A stretch of 64,000 nt of DNA from Gemmatimonadaceae bacterium (GTDB lineage Bacteria > Gemmatimonadota > Gemmatimonadetes > Gemmatimonadales > Gemmatimonadaceae), in the NCBI GenBank assembly GCA_051859245.1, contig JBHYGA010000005.1, positions 352,001 to 416,000 on the forward strand, written 5' to 3'. The translations under genes and the position numbers were made by a program. Positions 36,725-47,486 of the stretch are shown piece after piece. The notes below the pieces were generated by a model. That model saw only the letters and a program-made list of their open reading frames with translations, was not told the DNA's origin and made no database searches. Each line of letters begins with the position of its first letter. The first letter of the stretch is position 1.

Positions 36725-38408
36725 CAAGCGGCCTTGCATTGACACCCAACGCGGCCAGCCGCCGCATATGCACTACGAGTCGCGAGCGAAAGTCTGTGAA
36801 GTTCTTGAGCGACGCTGGTGTCCACACCACTTCAGCAAGTGCGGAGAGTCGCGGGAACGCCATGTATTCCACGTGACGCGGCGTCTTCATGTATTCTGTC
36901 CACAGTTGCCCCTGCGCGCCAAGAATATGTTTGGCTTCGGCTGCATTCAGCGACGCCGGAACGGGCTCGTACGCGTACACCGTATCGAGCGGAAGAAAGC
37001 CACCAAATGCGCGCGGCTCTTTTTTCAGATCGCGCGACTGGTAGTAGTCGAGATACGTGTGCGAGGTTGGTGCCATGACCACATCGTGCCCTTCGCGCGC
37101 CGCAGCAATGCCACCCGCGGTGCCACGCCATGACATGACGGTGGCATTCGGTGCGAGTCCGCCCTCGAGAATTTCATCCCATCCGATAAGGCGGCGGCCT
37201 TTTGACGTGAGGAACGTATCCATGCGCCGAATGAACCAGCTCTGCAACTCGTGTTCGTTCGCTACGCCAAGTTCGCGCATGCGCGCCTGAACGCGCGCGC
37301 TGGCCTTCCACTGCGTTTTGGACGCTTCATCGCCGCCCACGTGAATGAACGGTCCGGGAAAGAGGCCCATGACCTCGGTTAGCACATCCTGCATGAAGAG
37401 AATGGTGCTCTCTTCCACGTTCAGAATGACATCGCTCACGCCCCATACCTGATGCGGTGCAAACGTGCTGTCGGGGTACACGCCAAGTTCCGGATACGCC
37501 GCGATGGCGGCTTGCGCGTGCCCGGGCATCTCGATTTCCGGAACGATCGTGATGTGCCGCTCCGCAGCGTACGCCACCACTTCACGAATATCCTGCTGTG
37601 TGTAGTGACCGCAGTGACGGATGCCGTCAAACACCTGTTTTTCGGGATCGGTGTAGTACGCGCCGTGCATCGTTTGCTCGCGGCATCCGCCCACCTGCGT
37701 CAGCTTCGGATACTTGAGAATCTCAATGCGCCAGCCCTGATCTTCCGTGAGGTGCCAGTGAAAGGTGTTGAGCTTGTGCAGCGCCATCAGATCAAGGTGA
37801 CGCTTCACATAGTCGACCGGCATGAAGTGTCGCCCAACATCAAGATGCGAACCGCGCCACACAAAGCGCGGCCGATCAACAATGCGCACCGCCGGAGCCG
37901 TCCATGCAACACCCGCCACCTTGGCCGATCGCAAGATTTCCGGCGGCAACAACTGCTTGAGCGTTTGCGTGCCGTAGAACAGTCCTGTACCGGTTGACGC
38001 GCGAACCATCACGCGCTCGCGCGACGCCTCAAGCGTGTAGCCTTCGCGGCCAAGTGAATCGAGTGAGGCGTCACGAATGAGCGCGATCACGGAGCGTGCA
38101 CCGGTGCGCGGCGCGCCAACGCGCACCGTCAGCGCGTAGCCGGTGGCCGGTGTCAGCGATCGCGCAAACGCGTGCGCGATCATGGAGTCGTTCGCGCTGA
38201 CCGCGATCTCCGTGGCCGGGCTGAGTGTGAACTCGCCCGTTCGTGGCTCCAACAGCACAGGACGCGGAATGATTGTGTACCGCGCGCTCGTGTCCTGCGC
38301 CGCGAGCGGCATCGACACCAGTCCGAACACGGTGCACAGCAGGCGAATAATTGGCAGTGCGCGGCGGTCAGTCACAGCGAGTCGATCCAGCCTTGGTAAG
38401 CGAATCAT
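36705..38408 (-). CDS. Beta-N-acetylhexosaminidase (GH20)
   Basis: HLDVGRHF, HWHLTEDQGWR, EIEMPGH, HVGGDE, QLWTEY, FPRL. Confidence 0.95.
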   Translation of the reverse strand: MIRLPRLDRLAVTDRRALPIIRLLCTVFGLVSMPLAAQDTSARYTIIPRPVLLEPRTGEFTLSPATEIAVSANDSMIAHAFARSLTPATGYALTVRVGAPRTGARSVIALIRDASLDSLGREGYTLEASRERVMVRASTGTGLFYGTQTLKQLLPPEILRSAKVAGVAWTAPAVRIVDRPRFVWRGSHLDVGRHFMPVDYVKRHLDLMALHKLNTFHWHLTEDQGWRIEILKYPKLTQVGGCREQTMHGAYYTDPEKQVFDGIRHCGHYTQQDIREVVAYAAERHITIVPEIEMPGHAQAAIAAYPELGVYPDSTFAPHQVWGVSDVILNVEESTILFMQDVLTEVMGLFPGPFIHVGGDEASKTQWKASARVQARMRELGVANEHELQSWFIRRMDTFLTSKGRRLIGWDEILEGGLAPNATVMSWRGTAGGIAAAREGHDVVMAPTSHTYLDYYQSRDLKKEPRAFGGFLPLDTVYAYEPVPASLNAAEAKHILGAQGQLWTEYMKTPRHVEYMAFPRLSALAEVVWTPASLKNFTDFRSRLVVHMRRLAALGVNARPLDDVPGR

Positions 38409-39103
38409 TGATGCACCGGTGATGTTGAGATGCGCGCATCGGCCCAGCCTTGGAGCGCCGCGGCAGTTCGCGCAAAATCTTCCGGATCGGTGGCGCGCGC
38501 ATGCACTGCACGAAGCGGCGCGGCATCGAGCAACGCTCCCACGTTGTGCGAGCGAATGCCGCCACCCGCCATGATGGTTAACTGCGATCCGGCACGTTCT
38601 TGCAAGCGTGATAGCATGCCTGCGCCCTCAAGCGCAGACTTTTGGCCGCCCGACGTGAGCACGACCTGTACACCGAGTGACATGAGGGCGTCTATCGCGC
38701 GCAGTTGATCACGCACCTGGTCGAACGCCCGATGAAACACCACCGGAGTGCTGCCTGCCACCTCGATGAACGCGCGTGTGGTTTGGATGTCAATGTCACC
38801 CGCGTCCGTGAGCGGTCCGATCACAATCGCGTCCGCTCCTGCGCCAACTGCAAGCTGAATATCACGCCGCATGATGGCACGCCATGCGTGGTCGACTACA
38901 AAATGCTCGGTCTGCGCACGAATCATCACGTGTACCGGTACGTGCACTGCGGCCTTGCACGCCTCAAGTAGTCCGAGGCTTGGTGTAGTGCCTCCGTCGC
39001 CGGGACCGCAAAGCTCCACGCGATCCGCGCCCGCCGCGACGGCCGCGCACGCTTGCGCAACCGTCGCAACACACGCTTCAAGCTGTGGTCGCACTGGCCG
39101 CAC
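38405..39103 (-). CDS. cutC: CutC family protein
   Basis: [37 protein letters not shown]. Confidence 0.9.
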   Translation of the reverse strand: MRPVRPQLEACVATVAQACAAVAAGADRVELCGPGDGGTTPSLGLLEACKAAVHVPVHVMIRAQTEHFVVDHAWRAIMRRDIQLAVGAGADAIVIGPLTDAGDIDIQTTRAFIEVAGSTPVVFHRAFDQVRDQLRAIDALMSLGVQVVLTSGGQKSALEGAGMLSRLQERAGSQLTIMAGGGIRSHNVGALLDAAPLRAVHARATDPEDFARTAAALQGWADARISTSPVHQ

Positions 39104-40301
39104 GCGGTCTGAACAACAACAGGAAGAGCACCAGCACAACCGCTGCCATGGCTGCCGGTACCTGCCAGATCGCCGTCCAGTCGTGACCCTCACCAACCCG
39201 ATTCGCCTCCACAATCTGGCCGGCGCTGAACGAGCCAATGAAGTTACCCAGACCAAACGTGACAAACGCGAGAAAGCCCTGCGCCGACGCACGGATCGCC
39301 AGCGGCGCTTGCTGATCCACGTAAATCTGTCCCGTCACGAAGAAGAAGTCGTAGCACACGCCGTGCAGGAGAATGCCAATGTACAGCAGCGCCATGCCCG
39401 ATCCCGCATCGCCGTACGCAAAGGCGAGATATCGAAGCGCCCACGCGGCCATACCGATCAGCAGAATCTTCTTCACACCAAAACGCGAGAGGAAAAACGG
39501 CAGGGCGAGCAGGAACGCCATTTCCGACATTTGCCCCAGCGTTTGCATGGCCGCCGGCTTCGCCACGCCCAATTCGTTCAGGAACGGATTGGTAAACGCA
39601 TAATAGAACTGCAGTGGAATGCAGAGCAGAAATGAGCCCACCACAAACATCAGAAACGATCGGTCGCGCAGCATGGCGAGCGCGTCGAGGCCAAGGACAT
39701 CACGCGCGGTCACTGCCTTGCCAACCGAATGTGGTGGTGTGTGCGGCAGCATGAAACAGAACAGCCCCAGCACGAGTGACGCCGCCGCCGCAATCTGCAT
39801 GGGCTGCGCGGTGCTCTCCACGCCGAGCCATCCAACGAGCAGTCCGGCCACAATCCAGCCCACGGTGCCGAGTACACGTACGCGCGGAAAGTCTCGCGCG
39901 GCGTCGGGCAAATGGTCAAAGCTGATCGAGTTGCTCAGCGCCAGCGTGGGCATGAAACACAACGCATACGCGAGTAGCAGCGCGTAGAACGAACCAAACG
40001 TGGTTTGTGTGGACGCGAACCAGAGCAGGGTGCCGCCGAGTAAATGCAACACCGCCAACACACGCTGCGTGGGGAAAAACCGGTCGGCCACCATACCCAC
40101 AAAAAATGGTGAGACAATAGCCGCCACCGCGTTGGCGCCGTACGCGAGTCCGATCTGACCGCCGTCAAACTTGAGCTCGGTGCCGAGCCATGTGCCCATC
40201 GTGACCGCCCATGCGCCCCACACGAAGTACTGCAGGAACATGAGCACCGACAATTTCACTCGGGTTCCGGAATCCGCCGCGCGCGCGACTGCGGCGCTCA
40301 T
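39078..40301 (-). CDS. MFS nucleoside:H+ symporter family permease (NupG/YegT-like)
   Basis: [40 protein letters not shown]. Confidence 0.92.
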   Translation of the reverse strand: MSAAVARAADSGTRVKLSVLMFLQYFVWGAWAVTMGTWLGTELKFDGGQIGLAYGANAVAAIVSPFFVGMVADRFFPTQRVLAVLHLLGGTLLWFASTQTTFGSFYALLLAYALCFMPTLALSNSISFDHLPDAARDFPRVRVLGTVGWIVAGLLVGWLGVESTAQPMQIAAAASLVLGLFCFMLPHTPPHSVGKAVTARDVLGLDALAMLRDRSFLMFVVGSFLLCIPLQFYYAFTNPFLNELGVAKPAAMQTLGQMSEMAFLLALPFFLSRFGVKKILLIGMAAWALRYLAFAYGDAGSGMALLYIGILLHGVCYDFFFVTGQIYVDQQAPLAIRASAQGFLAFVTFGLGNFIGSFSAGQIVEANRVGEGHDWTAIWQVPAAMAAVVLVLFLLLFRPRAASATTA

Positions 40302-40625
40302 GTGAGCACCACCACGCGTGACTGTGTCCACGCACCAAGCAGCTGGTGACGACCGTTGGAGAACGGGTGCCGCGGCAGGCCGCCCGTTCCGCGGGGGGAC
40401 AAGCGCGAACACGGGCGCAACGTGGTGAGAAGGCGCGATTTCATCGAGGAGGGCGCAGGTGGGAGGGAAGGTGCCAGCGCGAACGTACCGCACCGCGCAC
40501 GTTGACTCAAGCGGCGATGCGCGCCAATTCGTCCCGGACGCCCTGCCGCCGCTGCCGACAGGCTAATTTGCTGTGCACAGTGGCACGAAGGTCTCTGCCG
40601 TCCCTCCCTCAAGCGGTGTGAAGCG

Positions 40626-41030
40626 ATGGATCACTCACCAGGTTTTCTTGCGCACGTCGAGTCGCGACGTGATCGCGTGGTTGAACGCACAGTGCCCGAG
40701 GCGCGTGAGCTCATCGCGCACACTCCCGGCGCGCGCTTGATCGATGTGCGCGAAGACAACGAGTGGGCGGCAGGACACGCCGCTGGTGCTGAACACCTCG
40801 CGCGCGGCGTGCTCGAGCGCGATATCGAACGCATGGTGCCCGACCCGGCCACACCGCTGTTTTTGTATTGTGGCGGAGGCTATCGCTCCATTCTTGCGGC
40901 CGCGACGCTTCGCGAAATGGGCTACACCAACGTGACGTCAATCGCGGGCGGATGGCGCGCCTGGGAAGAATCCGGAGCGCCGGTTGATCGCATGGCGGTG
41001 GCGGGCGAGGCGCAAGCGGATGGCCAGTAG
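40626..41030 (+). CDS. Rhodanese-like domain protein
   Basis: IDVREDNEW..GH..GA, YCGGGYRS, GGW.AW. Confidence 0.92.
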   Translation: MDHSPGFLAHVESRRDRVVERTVPEARELIAHTPGARLIDVREDNEWAAGHAAGAEHLARGVLERDIERMVPDPATPLFLYCGGGYRSILAAATLREMGYTNVTSIAGGWRAWEESGAPVDRMAVAGEAQADGQ

Positions 41031-41418
41031 TTCCGCTGGAGACAAGGCCGCACCCGTCACGGCAACGCCCACGACCGCCTCACCGCGCCGACGCGCGTTG
41101 CTCACCACCGGCATGCTCATGCTGCTTGGCGTGATGCCAGGCATGGGAATTTCGGGCGGACTCATGCTCGGTATTGCAGATCGATTTTTCATCGCCTTCA
41201 ATGGCGGCACGGCGCTTCGGGCTATCGGTGAAACGGCGTGGCCGCTCTCGCTCATTGTGACCGTGTTGCTTCCGCTACCGCTGCTGCCGGTCTTGAGCTG
41301 GGTGTCGCGCTGGAAGGCGGGTGGTGTTGGCACTCGACTGTTCGCGGTGCTCGGCGTGTTGTTCCTGTGGGGATTGCTGCTCGCGGTTGTCGGACTGGCA
41401 ATTGCGATTCGTCGCTAA
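41020..41418 (+). CDS. Hypothetical membrane protein
   Basis: Three hydrophobic segments, overlapping the rhodanese stop. Confidence 0.6.
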   Translation: MASSSAGDKAAPVTATPTTASPRRRALLTTGMLMLLGVMPGMGISGGLMLGIADRFFIAFNGGTALRAIGETAWPLSLIVTVLLPLPLLPVLSWVSRWKAGGVGTRLFAVLGVLFLWGLLLAVVGLAIAIRR

Positions 41419-41455
41419 CGCGCGTTCACGCACGATGCTTCTGCGGAGGTTTCGA

Positions 41456-41971
41456 ATGTTGATGCCTGGTTTTGGATGTGTTGTACGACGTGCGCTTGCG
41501 ATCGCGCTACTCGCGCTCGGGAGTGCATTGCCCGCCACCGCACAGGGATTGTTGAACTCAGACGATCCCCGTCACGCCGAAATACTTTCTGTGGTGACAC
41601 GGTTGTTCGACGGCATGCGCATGAGCGATACCGCCATGGCGCGTACGCTGTTTCATCCGGATGCGCAGCTGCTCACCACCACCATGCGTGAAGGACAGCC
41701 GTCAGTCTCCCGCGACTCGGTTGCTGCGTTCCTGCGCAGCATTGGAACGGTGCGTGCAGAAAAGCTCGATGAGCGCATCAAGAATCCACGCGTGTTGCTC
41801 GACGGTACGCTTGCGGTCGTGTGGGTGGACTACGATCTGTTTGTCGGCTCACGATTCATTCATTGTGGCGTGGACGCGTTTCAGATTGCGAAGGTCGGCG
41901 CCCGCTGGCAGATCGTCTCGCTGGCCGACACGCGGCGTCGCGACGGCTGTTCACCACCGCCCGCCAACTGA
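41456..41971 (+). CDS. NTF2-like family exported protein
   Basis: GGAGGT RBS; LFDGMR..D, DERI, A.VW..Y, HCGVDAFQ, W.I...DTRR. Confidence 0.8.
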   Translation: MLMPGFGCVVRRALAIALLALGSALPATAQGLLNSDDPRHAEILSVVTRLFDGMRMSDTAMARTLFHPDAQLLTTTMREGQPSVSRDSVAAFLRSIGTVRAEKLDERIKNPRVLLDGTLAVVWVDYDLFVGSRFIHCGVDAFQIAKVGARWQIVSLADTRRRDGCSPPPAN

Positions 41972-41982
41972 ACGTGGACGCG

Positions 41983-42600
41983 ATGATCAGTGCGGAATCG
42001 CTGATCGCATTGGCAGTGGGACTCGGTCTCGCGGCGGCCGCGGGAATGCGTGTCTTTCTTCCGCTGTTCGTGCTCGGCGTGTCGGGCGCCACTGGTGTGG
42101 TGCCCTTGGCCGACGGATGGTCGTGGGTGTCGTCGCCCGCAGCGCTGATCGGACTCGGCACGGCGATGGCACTGGAGATCGGAGCGTATTACATCCCGTG
42201 GCTCGACAATGCCCTTGATGTGATCGCGACTCCTGCGGCACTGATCGCCGGCATGATCGCGACCGCGTCTGTGCTGATCGATGTGCCACCCATGCTGAAG
42301 TGGGCGATTGTGATCATCGGCGGTGGTGGCATGGCCGGATTAACACAGGGGGCAAGTGTGCTGGCGCGTGCAAAATCGAGCGCGCTTACCGGTGGGCTCG
42401 CCAATCCAGCGGTGTCGACGGTGGAGTGGATGGGCGCACTCGTCATTGCCTTGCTCGCCGTGCTGGTCCCGATCGTGGCGCTACTCCTGGTCGTTGCGCT
42501 GATCGTGTTTGTTGTTCGACGCACCGGCCGATTGCTCTTTGGCAAACGAGCGCGTCCACGTACGCCGGTCACTGTTTCTTCCGATACATCGTCTCGTTAA
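41983..42600 (+). CDS. DUF4126 domain membrane protein
   Basis: GLAAAAGMRVFLPL, YYIPWLDNALD, TGGLANP.VST.E. Confidence 0.9.
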   Translation: MISAESLIALAVGLGLAAAAGMRVFLPLFVLGVSGATGVVPLADGWSWVSSPAALIGLGTAMALEIGAYYIPWLDNALDVIATPAALIAGMIATASVLIDVPPMLKWAIVIIGGGGMAGLTQGASVLARAKSSALTGGLANPAVSTVEWMGALVIALLAVLVPIVALLLVVALIVFVVRRTGRLLFGKRARPRTPVTVSSDTSSR

Positions 42601-42620
42601 CTCTTGCTTCGTTCATCGCC

Positions 42621-43148
42621 ATGAGCACCGATTCACGCTATCCCATTGGCAAGTTTTCCCGACCGCCGCACGTGTCAGCAGAGGAGCGACGCGCGCTCGT
42701 GCAGCGCATGCAGGCGCTTCCGGCGCGGTTGCGCAGTGCGGTGAACGGGCTCAGTGCCGAGCAGCTCGAGACACCGTACCGCGACGGAGGATGGACGATT
42801 CGGCAGGTCGTGCATCATATCGGCGACAGTCACGCGAACTGTCTGATGCGTTTCAAGCTCGGGCTCACAGAGCAGCGTCCGACGATTCGGCCGTACGAAG
42901 AGAACGACTGGGTGCGCACGCCAGACGCGCAGTCACTCACGCTGGATGACCTGCTGCAGTTTGTGGATGTCTTGCATGTCCGACTGCACGCGATTGTCTC
43001 TTCACTCGACGAGCACACCGGTGCGCGCACAATTGTGCATCCGGACAGCGGTGAGCAAACGCTTGATCAGCTGCTCGCGCTGTACGCATGGCATGGTGAT
43101 CACCACGTGGCGCACATCGCGAACGCGCGCACGCACCACGGATGGTGA
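42621..43148 (+). CDS. YfiT/BstA family DinB-fold thiol S-transferase
   Basis: RYPIG.F, TPYRDGGWTIRQVVHH..DSH, YAWHG.HH.AHI. Confidence 0.9.
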   Translation: MSTDSRYPIGKFSRPPHVSAEERRALVQRMQALPARLRSAVNGLSAEQLETPYRDGGWTIRQVVHHIGDSHANCLMRFKLGLTEQRPTIRPYEENDWVRTPDAQSLTLDDLLQFVDVLHVRLHAIVSSLDEHTGARTIVHPDSGEQTLDQLLALYAWHGDHHVAHIANARTHHGW

Positions 43149-43193
43149 CTGGGCGGGCGATGTTCGTTCGCTCAACGCGCGCTGCCAGACGCG

Positions 43194-45224
43194 TTACGGC
43201 GTACCGGTTACGAACGTCGCCCGATTTCCTACCGCAGTGACACTGCCGGTGCGCGACACGCCGCCGGTCACGCCGAACAGATACGCCATGGTACCCGACT
43301 CGATCGTGCGCCAGCGATCGCCGTCGTAGCGCAACACGGTTCCGCTGTCGCCTACGGCGTAGACTTCGGTTGGACTGCGGCCCCAGATACCACGCAAATC
43401 ACGTGTGGTGGGAGACGGCATGGACGTCGCGCGTTGCCCATCCCATCGCAGCAACACACCACGATCTCCAATGACGAACACATCGTTTGCCGACGAGCCC
43501 CACACGCCGCGCAGAATCACCGATGTTGATGTGGGCTCAGGCTTCCATCGCTCACCGTCGTAACGCAGCAGGAGTCCGGTGTCGCCAACGGCGAAAACAT
43601 TGGAGCCGTCGGCACCCCACACCGCACGAAGGAAGCGTTGCGTACCACTGGGTTGCTGCAACCAGCCGTTACCAGACGAGCGTAGAATGCGACCGCCTTG
43701 TCCAACAATGACATGGTCGTTTTCGCCGAGCGTCCACACACTGCGCAACAGGATTGGCACGCGCTCACCTTCCACTCGCCACGAGGTGCCGTTGTAGCGC
43801 AAAATCGCACCCGTATCACCAACGGCCACGATGTCTGTTGGACCACTGCCGCTAATGCCGTACAGGTCGTTCACCTCCGGTACTTCGAGCCATTCAAAAC
43901 CGCTCGCTGTTTGGTGACCGACCGAACCACCGAGTCCAACAACAAACAGGGAACCGTTCGCAAATGCGGGTTGCCACGCGGACACCAGCACCGCGTCGAG
44001 CAGCTCCACGACCGGACGCGAACCGGCACGGTAGCTGAGCAGCGCATTGTACCAGCCCGCCATGCGAACGCCGCCCGGCTCTACGCTTGACGGTCCGACC
44101 GCGCGCAAGTTCTGACCTGATCCAATACCAATCGACTGCCACGTCGCGCCATCAAACTTCCAGAAGGCGCCGGCATTACCCGCGGCGTACACTTCGGTGC
44201 CCGAGCGTCCCCACACCGCGAACAGATTCGAACGATTCGGGGTGTTCATGGGGCGCCAGTCATCGCCGTCCCAGCGAATCACCGTTCCTTGTGTGCCCAC
44301 CGCAAATGCATCGGTGGGCGACGCGGACCAGACGCCGAGCAAGAGTTGTTGCGTGGGTGATTCGAAACGCTCCCAGAGCGTGCCGCGATTGCGCAGAATC
44401 ACGCCGTTGTTGCCCACAGCCCACAAGTCTGTGCGACTCGTGCCGTGCACCGACCAGATCTCTTCATTGGTTGGCGTGGCCTGCACGCTCCACAGTTGTC
44501 CATCCCAGCGCGCAAGAAATCCGCCGTCGCCGCTGGCGTACACTTCATTCGCCGAGAGACCCCATACACTCAGCAAGGTGCGTGGCATGATGGGGTCGAC
44601 CAGCTCCCACGTGGTGCCGTTGCCGCGCATGAGCAACCCACCAGAGCCGACCGCCCAGATTTCGGTGGGGCTCGCACCCCAGATGCTGACGATGATTTCT
44701 TCGGTCGGCACGGGCACGATCGTCCAGGCACCACCACCCACCGATTTCAGCATGGTACCGGCCGTACCGGCGGCCCAGGCGGTGCCGGCGCCGTCATCCC
44801 AGAGCGCGAGCAGCGAGGCGTCCGCGTTGCCTTGCCGGATCACTTCCCAGCGAGCGGCGCCGGGTGCGAGCGCGGTCACGCCTACGGTCATGGCTACGCG
44901 AATCCCATTTACCTCCACCGCAATGCGCGCAGCACCCTCAGCGATCGCGACCACTTCGCCACGCGCGTTCACCGTGGCCACAGCCGGTGCATCGCTTGAC
45001 CACTCGGGGCTGATCGTGCCGACTACCGGTGCGCCCGTGCTATCACGCACGTCAAGGGTGAGCTGGCGTGTTTGACCTGGCTGCAGGAATGTGGAGGCCG
45101 GCACGATGGCAACACTGGCCACCACTGGCGCGTCGGGCGGCGCCACCGGTGGAGCTTCATCGCACGAAATCAAAACCAGCATGGCCAGCGCGAGCGCGCC
45201 CGACCGAAGAAACGCAGACGTCAT
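43194..45224 (-). CDS. Lipoprotein with Ig-like (Big_2) domain and about 14 beta-propeller repeats
   Basis: Lipobox LISC, WSS..PAVATV...G.V, repeated L..VWG.S..DV.AVG..G.IL.YDG..W. Confidence 0.85.
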   Translation of the reverse strand: MTSAFLRSGALALAMLVLISCDEAPPVAPPDAPVVASVAIVPASTFLQPGQTRQLTLDVRDSTGAPVVGTISPEWSSDAPAVATVNARGEVVAIAEGAARIAVEVNGIRVAMTVGVTALAPGAARWEVIRQGNADASLLALWDDGAGTAWAAGTAGTMLKSVGGGAWTIVPVPTEEIIVSIWGASPTEIWAVGSGGLLMRGNGTTWELVDPIMPRTLLSVWGLSANEVYASGDGGFLARWDGQLWSVQATPTNEEIWSVHGTSRTDLWAVGNNGVILRNRGTLWERFESPTQQLLLGVWSASPTDAFAVGTQGTVIRWDGDDWRPMNTPNRSNLFAVWGRSGTEVYAAGNAGAFWKFDGATWQSIGIGSGQNLRAVGPSSVEPGGVRMAGWYNALLSYRAGSRPVVELLDAVLVSAWQPAFANGSLFVVGLGGSVGHQTASGFEWLEVPEVNDLYGISGSGPTDIVAVGDTGAILRYNGTSWRVEGERVPILLRSVWTLGENDHVIVGQGGRILRSSGNGWLQQPSGTQRFLRAVWGADGSNVFAVGDTGLLLRYDGERWKPEPTSTSVILRGVWGSSANDVFVIGDRGVLLRWDGQRATSMPSPTTRDLRGIWGRSPTEVYAVGDSGTVLRYDGDRWRTIESGTMAYLFGVTGGVSRTGSVTAVGNRATFVTGTP

Positions 45225-45383
45225 GCGTAGAGCCTATGGGGAGGACACGCGACAGGCAACCGCTTGCCGCTGGACACGTTGTTTCCTTAGTTACGCGCAC
45301 GACGACTGCCGCCGGTTTGCGCGCGCGGCACACGTTCTGATGGCAACGCTCGCCACCGCACTCACCTCGCCGGACCACGCGCC

Positions 45384-47384
45384 ATGCCTGTAATACCCTA
45401 CGAACGCTCGCTGTACTTCAGACTCGCCTCATCACGCGTTGTGCGAAATGTCACAGGCGCGTTCGCGGCCGTCATCGCTGTTGCGGGATCGTTGCTTTCG
45501 GCTCCCGTCGCGAACGCGCAAGCGGCGCGGCAGCCGGCGCCGCAAGCCGACGTGTTCCTCGTCTCGCTCACACGTTCGGCTGAGCGCTGGCGTGTTGGCG
45601 TGCCCGCCAACGTGACGCGGTACGCGGGTTACGACAATCAACCGTCGTTTGCGCCCGATGGACGGTCGCTTTTTTACACGCGTGCCGACGCGCAGGGGCG
45701 CAGCGATATCTGGCGCGCGGACTTTAATACGGGCCGGATCGCGCCGGTTCGCGAAACACCGGAGAGTGAGTACTCGGCGTTGCCCACAGCGAATGGCGAT
45801 GCGCTGACCGTTGTGCGTGTTGAACTGGACTCGGCGCAACGCTTGTGGCGCGTGCCGCTTGATGGCAGCGCCGCAACGGTGTTGGTGCCCGATGTGAAGC
45901 CGGTTGGGTACTTCGCGTTCCCCACCGACAGCACCATCGCCATGTTCGTGCTCGGTTCACCGGCCACACTGCAAACGGCCACGATTGGCGTGCCCGGTAC
46001 ACGTACGCACGCGCGCAACATCGGGCGTTCGCTGCACCGCATTCCCGGTACGCGCCACATCAGCTTTGTACAGAAAGGCGGCGAGCGCTGGTACATCATG
46101 CGTCTCGATCCTGAACGCGGCACACAGGATACCATCGTGGCAACGCGACCGCGCCGCGAAGACTACGCCTGGCTCGATTCCACAACACTCGTGATGGGCG
46201 ACGGGTCCGCGCTCTTCACGTACACGCTTGGTACGGCAGACTGGGTACCGCTTGGCGATTTCTCGTTCGCCAATATCTCGGACATCTCTCGACTGGCGGT
46301 TGCGCGGCCCGCGAACTCGCCGGCGGGTACGAGCGCCAATGCGCGTGCGCCGCAATGGTTGGCGGTCACGGCCGTGCAGCGTGTGCCCGCCGCGAACGCT
46401 GCCAGCGCTTCGGCCGCGCGGGAGCGTGTGGTGAGCGCGGCCGATATCAAGCGCGATATCTTCATCCTCGCTGCAGACTCCATGGAAGGGCGTGGTACCG
46501 GCACACCCGGCGGAGATCGCGCCGCGCGCTGGCTCGCCAATGAGTTTCAGCGTGCGGGTCTGCAACCGGCTGGTGATTCCGGGTCGTTCCTGCAGCGTGT
46601 GCCGCTCATGCGGGCGCCTGTGCTCACTCCCGGTGCGCCGGCGCGGTTACGACCTGTTGCGTCATGGGCGGCGTGGGATACACTCGCAGCCGATCAGCGG
46701 CTTTCGGCCGCCAATGTGGTTGGTGTGATTCCCGGCAGTGATCCGGCACGACGTGATGAAGTTGTGCTCGTGACCGCGCACTACGATCACACGGGCATCG
46801 GTCGCCCCGTGAATGGTGACTCCATCAACAACGGTGCCGACGATGATGCATCGGGCACGATCGGATTGCTTGAACTGGCGCGACACATGGCGCGCGGCGC
46901 CAAGCCTGCGCGTACGATTGTATTTGCCGCGGTGACCGGCGAAGAAGTTGGGTTGATTGGTACGCGCTGGTACGTGAACAACCCAGTCCGTCCCTTGGAC
47001 AAGACCATTGCCAATCTCAATCTCGAAATGATCGGACGCCCCGACTCGCTGACTGGTGGCGTGGGCACAGCGTGGCTTACTGGCTATGAACGCAGCACGT
47101 TTGGTGATCTGCTTGCGGCGGCGGGTGTGCCAATCGTACCCGATCCGCGTCCGGCGCAACGGTTCTTTGAGCGCAGTGACAACATCGATTTTGCGCGACG
47201 TGGCATTCCGGCGCATACCCTGTCCACGTTCAACTTGCACACCGACTACCACACAGTGAATGACAGCCCGGATCGCATTGATACCGAACACATGGCGCGC
47301 GTGATTGACGCGGCGCTTATTGCGCTGCGAACGCTGGCGAATCAGCCGGGCATCCCCACGTGGCATCCGGGTGGGCGCCCCTGA
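45384..47384 (+). CDS. TolB-like beta-propeller fused to M28 peptidase
   Basis: GYDNQPSF.PDG N-terminal half; AHYDH, NGADDDASG, GEE.GL.G, RSDN, DYH C-terminal half. Confidence 0.85.
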   Translation: MPVIPYERSLYFRLASSRVVRNVTGAFAAVIAVAGSLLSAPVANAQAARQPAPQADVFLVSLTRSAERWRVGVPANVTRYAGYDNQPSFAPDGRSLFYTRADAQGRSDIWRADFNTGRIAPVRETPESEYSALPTANGDALTVVRVELDSAQRLWRVPLDGSAATVLVPDVKPVGYFAFPTDSTIAMFVLGSPATLQTATIGVPGTRTHARNIGRSLHRIPGTRHISFVQKGGERWYIMRLDPERGTQDTIVATRPRREDYAWLDSTTLVMGDGSALFTYTLGTADWVPLGDFSFANISDISRLAVARPANSPAGTSANARAPQWLAVTAVQRVPAANAASASAARERVVSAADIKRDIFILAADSMEGRGTGTPGGDRAARWLANEFQRAGLQPAGDSGSFLQRVPLMRAPVLTPGAPARLRPVASWAAWDTLAADQRLSAANVVGVIPGSDPARRDEVVLVTAHYDHTGIGRPVNGDSINNGADDDASGTIGLLELARHMARGAKPARTIVFAAVTGEEVGLIGTRWYVNNPVRPLDKTIANLNLEMIGRPDSLTGGVGTAWLTGYERSTFGDLLAAAGVPIVPDPRPAQRFFERSDNIDFARRGIPAHTLSTFNLHTDYHTVNDSPDRIDTEHMARVIDAALIALRTLANQPGIPTWHPGGRP

Positions 47385-47424
47385 TCCGTTCGTGTTCGCG
47401 TGTGTGCTCATTTGAGAACGCGGC

Positions 47425-47468
47425 AAAAAAAGCGAGGCGCCATGACGGATTGTCATGGCGCCTCGTTC
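47425..47468 (-). terminator. Rho-independent terminator (minus strand, possibly bidirectional)
   Basis: 15 bp stem GCGAGGCGCCATGAC/GTCATGGCGCCTCGT with A7 on the left (U7 on minus strand). Confidence 0.9.
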
Positions 47469-47486
47469 ACATCTGTGCGGCAAGGA

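Noticed and set aside
40581..40600. TGGCAC as a possible sigma54 promoter upstream of rhodanese
   Set aside because: No TTGC -12 element at the required spacing.
40302..40625. Long intergenic region between MFS permease and rhodanese as a possible ncRNA or small ORF
   Set aside because: No recognisable RNA motif or convincing ORF; consistent with divergent promoters.
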